64,000 nucleotides of DNA, taken from positions 2,624,001-2,688,000 of the forward strand of contig OZ257156.1 of the NCBI GenBank assembly GCA_965279375.1, written 5' to 3'. This stretch comes from Gemmatimonas sp. GTDB taxonomy: Bacteria > Gemmatimonadota > Gemmatimonadetes > Gemmatimonadales > Gemmatimonadaceae. Position numbers and translations under genes: made by a program. Numbering within the stretch: the first letter of the stretch is position 1; each line of letters opens with the position of its first letter. The notes below the pieces were generated by a model that did no database searches, was not told the DNA's origin, and saw only the letters and a list, made by a program, of their open reading frames with translations. Shown here in pieces: positions 20,063-28,960 of the stretch.

Positions 20063-22132
20063 ATGCATTCACGTCAAACACGGACGGCCCCTGCGGGTCG
20101 CTCCGTCGCTCCGTTCCATCGTGGGCCGCAAGCGGCTCCCGCAGCAGCAGCCGGCGCCGGCGCTCCCATGCACCAGGCCCCCAATGCCGCCCTCCTCATC
20201 GACTTCGACAACGTCACGATGGGGATCCGCTCCGACCTGCAGGGGGAGCTCAACAACCTCCTCTCGTCGGACATCATCAAGGGCAAGGTCGCAGTCCGCC
20301 GCGCCTACGCCGACTGGCGACGCTATCCGCAGTACATCGTCCCGCTGACGGAATCGTCGATCGATCTCATCTTCGCGCCAGCCTACGGCTCGTCGAAGAA
20401 GAACGCAACTGACATCCGCCTCGCCATCGACGCGATGGAGCTCGTCTTCACGCGCCCGGAAATCGGCACCTTCGTGCTCCTCTCCGGCGACTCCGACTTC
20501 TCGAGCATGGTCATCAAGCTCAAGGAGTACGGCAAGTACGTCATCGGCGTCGGCATTCGCGAGTCGTCGAGCGATCTGCTCGTGATGAACTGCGACGAGT
20601 ACTACTCCTACAACGCGCTCGCCGGCCTCACCAAGACGGGCGACGACGAATCCACGCGCTGGGATCCGTGGGAGCTCGTGACCGAGTCGGTCACGCGCAT
20701 GAAGCGCAACGGCGATGTCATGCGCTCCGATCGCCTCAAGCAGGTCATGCAGGAAATCGACTCGTCGTTCGACGAGAAGAACCTCGGCATGCCCAAGTTC
20801 TCCCGCTTCGTGCAGGAAGCCGCACACAAGGGACTGCTCAAGGTCACCAAGCTCGAGAGCGGCCAGCTCGAAATCGATGCTCCTGTCGGTGGCGCGCCGG
20901 CTCCTACGGCTGCTGCCACTGGCGAAGCCGCTGCGGCAACCGAAGGTGAAACCTCCTCTCCCGACATGCGTCGCGAGCGGCAGACCGAACGCGACGATCG
21001 TCGCGGCCGTCGTGGTCGTCGTGGTCGTGGGCGCGATCGTGATCGTGGCGAACGCACCGAGGCCGATGCGGCGCCGTCGTCCGCCGACGTCAGCGTCACG
21101 GCGGAAATGCCAGTGCCGTCCGCGGCACCGGTCGCTGCTGAAGCGGAAGCCGCTACCGTGGCACCTGCTGCAGAGTCGCGCCCGCCGCGTGAAGAGCGCG
21201 ATGGACGCGGTCGCGATCGTGGCCGTGGTCGTGGTCGCGAGAACCGTGAAGATCGTGGCGCGCCGCGTACCGATCGTCCGGCGGAAGTCGCCGCACAGGC
21301 ACAGATCGCGTTCGGTGAAGTCGTCGCTGATTCCATCGGTGCCAGCGGTGAGCGCCTCACGCGCAGCGAGGCCTTCGATCTCGTGCGCCGCAGTGTCGAA
21401 GCGCTGGTGCAGGGCGAGGACGCCACGAGCGCCAGTGCGGCGCGCCAGCGTGCGTTCGAACTGCTCGGCCGCGACAGCGAATCGCTGAGTGCGCGCAACT
21501 TCGAGCGCATTCTGCAGGACGCGCACGACGCCAACATGATCGATCTGCGCCGTCGCGGAAACGACTTCGAAGTCGCCCGTGCGGTCGATGCCGCGCCGAT
21601 CGTCGAGCAGCTTCGCTCGGTCGAACAGGCGCAGCAGGCGGCCGCGGCCGCCAAGGCTCCACCGGCGCCGCCTCGCGGTATGGGCGCCCGTGGTGTCGGG
21701 GGACGTGGCATGGGTGGCCGCAGCAAGGGACCCGGAGCGCCTCCGCCGGAGCTGCTCATGGTCGGCGTGGTACCGCGCGTCGCCAGTGGCGCGCCGGGCC
21801 CGGCCGCCGGAAATGGCGTAGCGGCCTCGGCCGTCGTTGCCGAAGTCGCCCCGGTTGCCGCCCCGGTGGTCGAGGTCGCCGCGCCGGTGATCGAGACGCC
21901 TGCGGCTGCCGCACCCGCCGCAGCCAAGCGTGGCAAGGCGCCGGCCAAGGCCGCTCCAGCGGCCAAGGCTCCGGCCAAGAAGGCGGCAAAGGCGCCGGAG
22001 AAGCCTGTCGCTAAGCCGGCCGCGAAAACGGCCTCCAAGGCCCCGGCGAAGGCCCCAGCCAAGGCCGCGAAACCGGCAGCCAAGGCAGCCAAGGCTCCGG
22101 CCAAAAAGGCGGCCAAGAGCGGCCGGAAGTAG
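20063..22132 (+). CDS. NYN (LabA/DUF88) domain protein with LOTUS/OST-HTH-like domains and a basic low-complexity tail
   Basis: LIDFDN, AYADW, KNATDIRLAIDA, LLSGDSDF; SFDEKNLGMPKFSRFV (OST-HTH-like); AKAPAK tail. Confidence 0.85.
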   Translation: MHSRQTRTAPAGRSVAPFHRGPQAAPAAAAGAGAPMHQAPNAALLIDFDNVTMGIRSDLQGELNNLLSSDIIKGKVAVRRAYADWRRYPQYIVPLTESSIDLIFAPAYGSSKKNATDIRLAIDAMELVFTRPEIGTFVLLSGDSDFSSMVIKLKEYGKYVIGVGIRESSSDLLVMNCDEYYSYNALAGLTKTGDDESTRWDPWELVTESVTRMKRNGDVMRSDRLKQVMQEIDSSFDEKNLGMPKFSRFVQEAAHKGLLKVTKLESGQLEIDAPVGGAPAPTAAATGEAAAATEGETSSPDMRRERQTERDDRRGRRGRRGRGRDRDRGERTEADAAPSSADVSVTAEMPVPSAAPVAAEAEAATVAPAAESRPPREERDGRGRDRGRGRGRENREDRGAPRTDRPAEVAAQAQIAFGEVVADSIGASGERLTRSEAFDLVRRSVEALVQGEDATSASAARQRAFELLGRDSESLSARNFERILQDAHDANMIDLRRRGNDFEVARAVDAAPIVEQLRSVEQAQQAAAAAKAPPAPPRGMGARGVGGRGMGGRSKGPGAPPPELLMVGVVPRVASGAPGPAAGNGVAASAVVAEVAPVAAPVVEVAAPVIETPAAAAPAAAKRGKAPAKAAPAAKAPAKKAAKAPEKPVAKPAAKTASKAPAKAPAKAAKPAAKAAKAPAKKAAKSGRK

Positions 22133-22161
22133 TCCGCCGGTTCTGGCTCCGCTGGAAACAG

Positions 22162-22190
22162 GAACGCCGCCCCATACCGGGGCGGCGTTC
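22162..22190. terminator. Stem-loop between the convergent NYN gene and kbl
   Basis: 12-bp stem gaacgccgcccc/ggggcggcgttc. Confidence 0.65.
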
Positions 22191-22214
22191 TTGGTTTCCG
22201 GCGGCCACGATGGG

Positions 22215-23423
22215 CTACGAAATCAGCCCCAGCGTACGCCCGACCTCCTTGAAGGCCGACACCACCACGTCGAGATCGTCGCGGGTGTGCGCCGCACTTA
22301 CCTGACAGCGCACGCGGGCCTGCCCCTGCGGAACGACCGGGAAGCCGAAGCCCGTCACGAACACCCCCCGGTCCAGCATCATCTCGCTGACCTTGATTGC
22401 CAGCGCCGTCTCTCCAACGATGATCGGAACGATCGGCGTCTCGCCGGGCAGCGGCGCGAACCCCGCCTCCTGCACGGCCTGACGGAAATACGAGGCGTTG
22501 TCTCGCAGTCGAGTAACCAACTCCGGATGCGCCTCGGTGTGCAGCACGGCCGCCAGCGAGCTGGCGGCGACGGTGGGTGGGAGCGCGTTCGAAAAAAGCT
22601 GCGGTCGCGAACGCTGCGTCATCATGTCGCAGAGCGCTGCCGGACCCGCAATGAACCCGCCGGCTGCGCCGCCCAACGCCTTGCCGAGCGTCGACGTGAT
22701 CACGTCCACTTCGCCGACAACGCCAAAGTGTTCTGCGGTGCCACGGCCTGTCGCCCCTAGCACACCGGTGGCGTGCGAGTCGTCCATCACCACTATCGCG
22801 TCGTAATCGCGCGCGAGTTGCAAAATCTCCGGCAGCTTCGCGATCGCGCCTTCCATCGAGAACACGCCGTCCGTCCAGATCACACGTCGCGTCGCCGACT
22901 TGGCACCGGCGAGCTTCTCGCGCAGGTCGTCCATGTCGCTGTGCTTGTAGACGGCGGTCGTGCACTTCGTGATCGCTTTCGCCAACCGGATCGAGTCGAT
23001 GATCGACGCGTGGTTGAGCGCGTCGGAGATGACGAAATCTCCTTCGCGCACGATCGTCGGTGTCAGCGCCTCGTTGGCATTCCACGCCGATACATATGAG
23101 AGCGCCGCCGGCGTGCCGACGAATCGCGCGAGCGCCGTCTCCAGGTCGCGATGCACCGCGAACGTTCCGCAGATGAATCGCACCGATGCCGTGCCTGCGC
23201 CGAGATGTTTCAGCGCGTCGATGCCGGCTTGTACCACGGCCGGTTCGTTGGCGAGACCGAGGTAGTTGTTGGACGAGAGGACGATGACCTCGCCGCGTCC
23301 TTCCATGCGCACGCGGGCGCCTTGCGGCGACTCGAGATAGTTGAGGCGCTTGTAGACCTGATCGGCCTTGAGCTGCGCGATCTGCCCTTCGAGGTCCTGC
23401 ACGAATGCGGTATTGATCGACAT
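22215..23423 (-). CDS. kbl: Glycine C-acetyltransferase (2-amino-3-ketobutyrate CoA ligase)
   Basis: SNNYLGLAN, NHASIIDS, DGVFSMEG, DDSHATG, TLGKALGG; adjacent to tdh. Confidence 0.93.
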   Translation of the reverse strand: MSINTAFVQDLEGQIAQLKADQVYKRLNYLESPQGARVRMEGRGEVIVLSSNNYLGLANEPAVVQAGIDALKHLGAGTASVRFICGTFAVHRDLETALARFVGTPAALSYVSAWNANEALTPTIVREGDFVISDALNHASIIDSIRLAKAITKCTTAVYKHSDMDDLREKLAGAKSATRRVIWTDGVFSMEGAIAKLPEILQLARDYDAIVVMDDSHATGVLGATGRGTAEHFGVVGEVDVITSTLGKALGGAAGGFIAGPAALCDMMTQRSRPQLFSNALPPTVAASSLAAVLHTEAHPELVTRLRDNASYFRQAVQEAGFAPLPGETPIVPIIVGETALAIKVSEMMLDRGVFVTGFGFPVVPQGQARVRCQVSAAHTRDDLDVVVSAFKEVGRTLGLIS

Positions 23424-23431
23424 CGGGAGCC

Positions 23432-24454
23432 CTACAGCTGGAAAATGATCTTGCCCGCTTCGCCGGACTTGATCAGGTGCATTGCCTCGTCCACGGCTTC
23501 GAGCGGCAGGCGATGCGTGATCACCGGCGTGGGATCGAATGCGCCGGAACGGATGAATCGCGTCATCTGGTGCCACGTGTCGTACATGCGCCGACCCACG
23601 ACGCCGTAGATCGTGAGCCCCTTGAAGATCACTTCGGTGGCGAAGTCGATGTCGATCGTGCGCGAGGGAATGCCAAGCATGTTCACGCGTCCGGCGGGGC
23701 GGGCGAGCGCGAACGCTTGGTGAACGGCACTTGGTACGCCCGACATCTCGAGCACGACGTCGGCGCCATGTCCGTCGGATGCGGCGTGCACGGCGGCCGC
23801 GGCCTCGTCCGGATGGACGGCGTCGTGGGCGCCCATCGTGCGCGCGAGCTCGAGGCGGCGCGGATTGATGTCGGTCGCGATGATGCGTGCGGCGCCGGCG
23901 GCGCGGCAGATGCCGACCGCGAACGCACCGATCGGACCGCAGCCCGTGATGAGCACGACGGAACCGGGAATCTCGGCGGTGAGCGCCGTGTGAAACGCGT
24001 TGCCCATCGGGTCGTGGATGCCGCCGATGTCGTAGCTGATGGCGTCGTCGAGGTGCCAGACGTTCGTGGCGGGCATCGCGATGTACTCGGCGAAGCAGCC
24101 GTCGCGATCGACACCGATGATGCGGGTACTCGGATCGACGTGCGCGTTGCCGGTGCGGCTGAAGAGCGAGCGCTCGTCGACGATGTGTCCCTCCGCCGTG
24201 ACGCGGTCGCCGACTTTCACCGTTTCGACGAGGCTGCCGACGGAGACGACGTCGCCCGCGAACTCGTGGCCGACGACGAACGGCGGCTTGCAACGCCCCG
24301 CGGCCCACGCGTCCCACTCGTAAATGTGCACGTCCGTACCGCAGACGCCGGCGCTCCGCACGCGAATGAGAACCTCGTCGTCGCGAATTTTCGGCTCGGG
24401 AACTTCGGTGAGGACGAGACCGCGTCCCGCTGTCTGCTTGACCAACGCTTTCAC
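23432..24454 (-). CDS. tdh: L-threonine 3-dehydrogenase
   Basis: GVCGTDVHIYEWD, VGHEF, AEGHI, DPMGNAFHT, GRRMYDTW; GTG start giving MKALVK. Confidence 0.92.
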   Translation of the reverse strand: MKALVKQTAGRGLVLTEVPEPKIRDDEVLIRVRSAGVCGTDVHIYEWDAWAAGRCKPPFVVGHEFAGDVVSVGSLVETVKVGDRVTAEGHIVDERSLFSRTGNAHVDPSTRIIGVDRDGCFAEYIAMPATNVWHLDDAISYDIGGIHDPMGNAFHTALTAEIPGSVVLITGCGPIGAFAVGICRAAGAARIIATDINPRRLELARTMGAHDAVHPDEAAAAVHAASDGHGADVVLEMSGVPSAVHQAFALARPAGRVNMLGIPSRTIDIDFATEVIFKGLTIYGVVGRRMYDTWHQMTRFIRSGAFDPTPVITHRLPLEAVDEAMHLIKSGEAGKIIFQL

Positions 24455-25176
24455 AAACGCTCCATGAGTACGTGCCCTGCCGAAAACACCGCCGTCCGAG
24501 GGAAAACAAGGTGCCGCGGCGTGGCGCGGACGTCGTGCAGATGACGCGCGCCGGTCAAAGCTGACACGACGTCGTGTTGCGTGGTAGGTGTTCGAATCGT
24601 CTGTCGCGTGATGTAATCGCGCGCGTTCTTTATACGCGCTATTGCGCGGGGGAATTATCCACGCGTATATTCGCGACACCACAACGACTTGCGCGCGCTG
24701 TCCACATCTCGGAAACGAGGCGCGCAGACCTTCACTGGAAACGCGTGGTACAATCACGACGCGAGTGCTTCCAGAGTTCGGGCGCTGCAGTGATGGCGTC
24801 CTTTGCAGCGGCCAACGCGCGGTATGCGTCGGCGCTCTTCCTGTCGCCGTCGTCATCGACGACGGCCAGCTTCGTCACCCCCACCGTGACGAGCTTGCCT
24901 CGCATCTCCGATCCCGCGCTGCGTATCGCGCGCGGTGGATCGACCGGCCTTCGCCGTTGGATGCGAGTCGCACCTCCCTTCGCTCAATCCACGACATCGC
25001 TGCCGATGTCGCATGCACTGCCCGCGAACGTGAATGCGCGGGCGATCAGCTCCACGATCCTCTCTGAGGTCGTGTAGCGCGCAACGAAACGGTGCATCCG
25101 CACCCAACGTCGCGCGGCTCACCTTTCCACCGGGGGAAAGGGAGCACAACTAACTCCTCTTGAGGAGAGTAGCATC

Positions 25177-25458
25177 ATGGCACCAGCCAAGAAGGCCGCG
25201 AAGAAGGCGGCGAAGAAGGGTGGCCGTAAGGCCGCGAAGAAGGGCGCGAAGAAGGCTGTGAAGAAGGGCGCGAAGAAGGCCGTGAAGAAGGGCGCCAAGA
25301 AGGCCGCGAAGAAGGCCGTGAAGAAGGGCGCCAAGAAGGCGGCCAAGAAGGGTGCAAAGAAGGCGGCCAAGAAGGGCGCCAAGAAGGCTGCAAAGAAGGC
25401 CAAGAAGCCTGCAAAGCGCGCCAAGAAGGCGCCGGCTCCGGCTCCTGCCGCAGCGTAA
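25177..25458 (+). CDS. Histone H1-like lysine/alanine-rich protein
   Basis: 93 aa of xAKK/xVKK tetrapeptide repeats, GAGGAG RBS and a downstream terminator. Confidence 0.85.
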   Translation: MAPAKKAAKKAAKKGGRKAAKKGAKKAVKKGAKKAVKKGAKKAAKKAVKKGAKKAAKKGAKKAAKKGAKKAAKKAKKPAKRAKKAPAPAPAAA

Positions 25459-25496
25459 TTCGTCCGTTCTCGCAGCACGCAGTCCCGAAAAACGCG

Positions 25497-25524
25497 AAGG
25501 CGCCGGCATGTCTGCCGGCGCCTT
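25497..25524 (+). terminator. Intrinsic terminator-like hairpin
   Basis: 12-bp stem aaggcgccggca/tgccggcgcctt. Confidence 0.65.
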
Positions 25525-25595
25525 TCACGTTCTGCCCACAAAATCCGATGCTCGCTCGCGCCTCTGCGTTAAACGCCTGACGCGCGCGGCAACGA

Positions 25596-25766
25596 CTACG
25601 TCGCCGAGACCAGCAGCTCCCGTGCAGGCACCGGCACATCGACGTCGTCCGGAACCGGACCCCACACGAACGCGGCAAACCGCGGCACCGCGTCACCACG
25701 GCTTCCGTCCGCGATCACGATCCCGATAGGCTCACGCTCTTCCTGCTTCACACGATTCACACGCAT
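25596..25766 (-). CDS. Small hypothetical protein (56 aa)
   Basis: GGAGGG RBS before ATG; MRVNRVKQEEREPIGIVIADG...FAAFVWGP. Confidence 0.5.
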   Translation of the reverse strand: MRVNRVKQEEREPIGIVIADGSRGDAVPRFAAFVWGPVPDDVDVPVPARELLVSAT

Positions 25767-25980
25767 GGGTGACCCTCCACCCTGGACGTTGAGACTGACC
25801 ACACTCGCCCGCGAGTCGGGCACACCTGCTCAAAGAGCAGATATGGTGCCAGACGGCAAATCGTTTGTAAGTGCTTGCAGGACAATGCGTTGGGAAAAGC
25901 AGTCCTGAAGGCGTTCTCGAAAACGTGTCTGAACGACACCCTGTAACCATGCTCGACGTGTCATCACGACACGTCGAGGG

Positions 25981-26754
25981 CTACGCGACCGCGGCTTCCT
26001 TGCGCGCGAGAAACGTCTCGCGGCGGCCAACGGTGCGGTCGATCGAGATCGTCCAGCCGCGATATCGCGACTCGAGTTCTTCCATCGGCATACCGCCCGC
26101 GCCGGCAGCGATCGTCTCGACCAGATGCACACCGCCATCCACCGTGGCGCCCTGCAGCACCTCGATCACGCGCGCACGACTCAACGCGTCCAGGCCGGCG
26201 AAGGCCGACGGGGAACAAACGACCGCGTGCAGTTCGACGTCCGGCGACCAGGCGCCCAGATCCGCGCAGTAGCCACGAACCCGCTGGGTGAGCCCTGCGG
26301 CTTCAGCGGCGCGAACTACGCGTTCCATGGCGTCGTGGGCGGGCTCCACGGCCGTTACCGCGCACCCCCGCGCGGCCAAGTACAGCGCTGGCCCCTCGCG
26401 CTCGGCGCCCGCCACCAGCACGTGCCGGTCCGACGAGTCCTTGAGCGCCCGGACCAGCACGGCATCCGGATCGATGCCCCAATGCTCAGGGCGGCAGTAC
26501 TGCTCCAGCACCTTCAGGCGCCGCCGACGCCACGTGGCGTACGTGGGCATGCGCAACCGACTAGCGATGATCCGGTCGACCTCCTGCCACACGACGATCT
26601 CCGTCAACGTCGTCTGCGCCTGCTTCCGGAGGATCGCGACCGCCTCGTCGCCAATCTTCAGGAGCGCGCTTCGCGAGATCGAGTCCTTGTAGTCCTCGAT
26701 CTCGCGCTCGACATAGAGCTCGTATTCGTGCTTTAGTGACCGGGGAGTGCTAAT
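25981..26754 (-). CDS. Class I SAM-methyltransferase-like protein with an N-terminal helical extension (start uncertain)
   Basis: VLVAGAEREGPALYLAARGCAVTAVE resembles a degenerate SAM-binding motif I region. Confidence 0.6.
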   Translation of the reverse strand: MSTPRSLKHEYELYVEREIEDYKDSISRSALLKIGDEAVAILRKQAQTTLTEIVVWQEVDRIIASRLRMPTYATWRRRRLKVLEQYCRPEHWGIDPDAVLVRALKDSSDRHVLVAGAEREGPALYLAARGCAVTAVEPAHDAMERVVRAAEAAGLTQRVRGYCADLGAWSPDVELHAVVCSPSAFAGLDALSRARVIEVLQGATVDGGVHLVETIAAGAGGMPMEELESRYRGWTISIDRTVGRRETFLARKEAAVA

Positions 26755-26918
26755 CGGGGTGCCCCGTGTGGAAGAATGTGGATAAAGTACCGACGAATCG
26801 GTCCCGCGCAAGAGGTCCCGGGCACGAATTCTTCGACTAATCGTATGTAGTTTTTGAACTTGCGATCTCGCACCGAGATGTCGCACACCGTGGTGGCCCC
26901 ATCGCACGATAGGACACG

Positions 26919-27716
26919 ATGCCCGAATTGCCAGAAGTTGAGGATGCGGCGGGTCGATTGCGAGCCGCGATCGTCGGTCGGACCATCGCGACAGCAACAG
27001 CGCATCATCGGTCGCTCCAGCGCACGCTCACCGCCGAATCCTGCCACAATATGGCCGGTCTGAGCGTTGTCCGCGTGGAGCGACGAGCCAAGATCCAGCT
27101 CGTCCACTTCGCCGACGGGCACCTCCTGGAAGTCCACTTCCGCATGACCGGTGACTGGGACATGGGACGAGATACCGATCCGATCCAGCCGCTCGAGCGG
27201 GCTCGTATCACCTGCACGGACGGCACCAGGGTATCGCTCATCGACGGCCGGGCATTCGGCGTGATGAAGCTCCACGCGCCCGGGTTGTTCGCTCTCCCGC
27301 CGCTCGGGCCGGAACCCCTCGCTGAAGACTTCGATGCGGCCGCGCTACGCGCCGCCCTCGGCGGCCGCACCGGCCCCATCAAGCCGGTCCTGCTCGATCA
27401 GCGCGTCGTCGCCGGACTCGGCAACATCTACGCAGCGGAAGCGCTTTGGGAGGCCGGTATTCGCCCCGATGCACCGGCCAATCGACTGTCGGCGCCGCGC
27501 ATCGCACGACTGCGTGACGCCATTCGGCTCGTGCTGACCCGAGCACCCGCCGGGCGCTACTACGAGCGCGCTGATAGCGGTCGTCCGGCGGCAACCGAAG
27601 AGATTTGGCGCGTCTATGGGCGCGACGGTGAACCGTGTCATCGATGCGGCGCGCGAGTCGCACGAACGACGCAGGCTGGCCGCAGCACATTCTGGTGTCG
27701 CCGCTGCCAGCGTTGA
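26919..27716 (+). CDS. mutM: Formamidopyrimidine-DNA glycosylase
   Basis: MPELPEVE, HFRMTG, AGLGNIYA and C-terminal CHRC...CRRCQ zinc finger. Confidence 0.95.
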   Translation: MPELPEVEDAAGRLRAAIVGRTIATATAHHRSLQRTLTAESCHNMAGLSVVRVERRAKIQLVHFADGHLLEVHFRMTGDWDMGRDTDPIQPLERARITCTDGTRVSLIDGRAFGVMKLHAPGLFALPPLGPEPLAEDFDAAALRAALGGRTGPIKPVLLDQRVVAGLGNIYAAEALWEAGIRPDAPANRLSAPRIARLRDAIRLVLTRAPAGRYYERADSGRPAATEEIWRVYGRDGEPCHRCGARVARTTQAGRSTFWCRRCQR

Positions 27717-27734
27717 GCGAGCGGCAACCCAAGG

Positions 27735-28835
27735 TTAGCGCCTGCGCGCGCGCCGATACACCGCTTCGTCGAACACCGCGAGCGTCTGCACGGCCGTCGC
27801 GGACCAGCGGAATTTCGCCGCCTGCGCCTGACCACCGCGTGTGAGGCGTGCGCGCAGCTCGTCATCGTGCAGCAAGCGCTTGAGCTGCGACGCCAGTGCG
27901 GAAGCATCGTTCCACTCGAAGAGCAACGCGGCGTCGCCCACGACCTCGGGCAACGAACTCGCATTCGCGCAGACGACGCGACCGCCGGCCACCATCGCTT
28001 CGAGGGCAGGCAAGCCGAAGCCTTCGTACGACGACGGAAATACGAGTGCCGTCGCCTTTCGGTACAGCCGCGCCAACTCGGCGTCACTCACGTACCCCGC
28101 GTGATGCAACCACGGCCGCGGGTGCGCGCGCGCGTTCGGCCCGCATTGCACCAGCGGCACCGTCTCGCCTTCGGCATGCAGCTGCTCCATCGCACGATAC
28201 AGCACCGCGAGATTCTTTCGCGCCTCCTGCGCACCGACCGTCAGAAAGAACGGTCCGTCGATGCCGAGTTTGTGCAGTGACTCCGACGGCGCGTCGTCCG
28301 GCGGCGCGATATCGTCAGCGGCAAGCAGCGTCACGCGGATGTTGTCCGATGCGACGGGCAGGAGCCGCAGCATCTCACGTTCCGTGAAGGCGGAGATCGC
28401 GATGAGCATGTCCGCGCTAACGACGGTATTGGTGTAGCGCCGGCGATACTTGATGCGCTTGAGCACCTTCCACCAACGGTGGTCGAGTTGCAGCATGGGC
28501 GCGAGATCGAGCACGGTCACCACGCGCGCGGCCTGCTCCGCGGTCGGATGCATCCAGTTCCAAGGGTACCACACCACATCCGCCGTGCTGGTCACCAGCT
28601 CCTGAATCGGTGCGAAGCTGCTGCGGGATCCGAGATCGCCGGGCAGTTGGGCCAACTGCTGGCGCAGGGCGTCAAGATCAGCGGCCCGTGCATACAGCGT
28701 GAATCGCACGGATGGGCGCGCGATCGGCATCTGCACCAGCAGGTTGCGAACGTAGCGGCCGATGCCGCGCCGCTCGCGCAGCAGACGAGTGGCTTCGATC
28801 CCGATGTGGTGCGTTGTAGGGCTTTGCGATGGCAT
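27735..28835 (-). CDS. Glycosyltransferase family 4
   Basis: GIGRY, ARKNL, FPSSYEGFGLPALEAM, SSLPEVVGDAA. Confidence 0.92.
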   Translation of the reverse strand: MPSQSPTTHHIGIEATRLLRERRGIGRYVRNLLVQMPIARPSVRFTLYARAADLDALRQQLAQLPGDLGSRSSFAPIQELVTSTADVVWYPWNWMHPTAEQAARVVTVLDLAPMLQLDHRWWKVLKRIKYRRRYTNTVVSADMLIAISAFTEREMLRLLPVASDNIRVTLLAADDIAPPDDAPSESLHKLGIDGPFFLTVGAQEARKNLAVLYRAMEQLHAEGETVPLVQCGPNARAHPRPWLHHAGYVSDAELARLYRKATALVFPSSYEGFGLPALEAMVAGGRVVCANASSLPEVVGDAALLFEWNDASALASQLKRLLHDDELRARLTRGGQAQAAKFRWSATAVQTLAVFDEAVYRRARRR

Positions 28836-28960
28836 TGAGCGGCGAAGCGGAGGATTGCACGGCAACTCGGCGGTAACACACGACGACAATGAGACCCTAC
28901 TTCAGCTGGCACCGTGCGCCACGGCACCCCTCCGCGTCTGAAGCGAATCGTGCTGCGGAC

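Noticed and set aside
23424..24509. Apparent long extension or fusion upstream of kbl
   Set aside because: Alternative frame overlapping tdh; tdh ends with its own stop and kbl starts at 23423.
25186..25430. 12-nt tandem repeats that could be mistaken for a CRISPR array
   Set aside because: No unique spacers and no cas genes; they encode the xxKK protein repeats.
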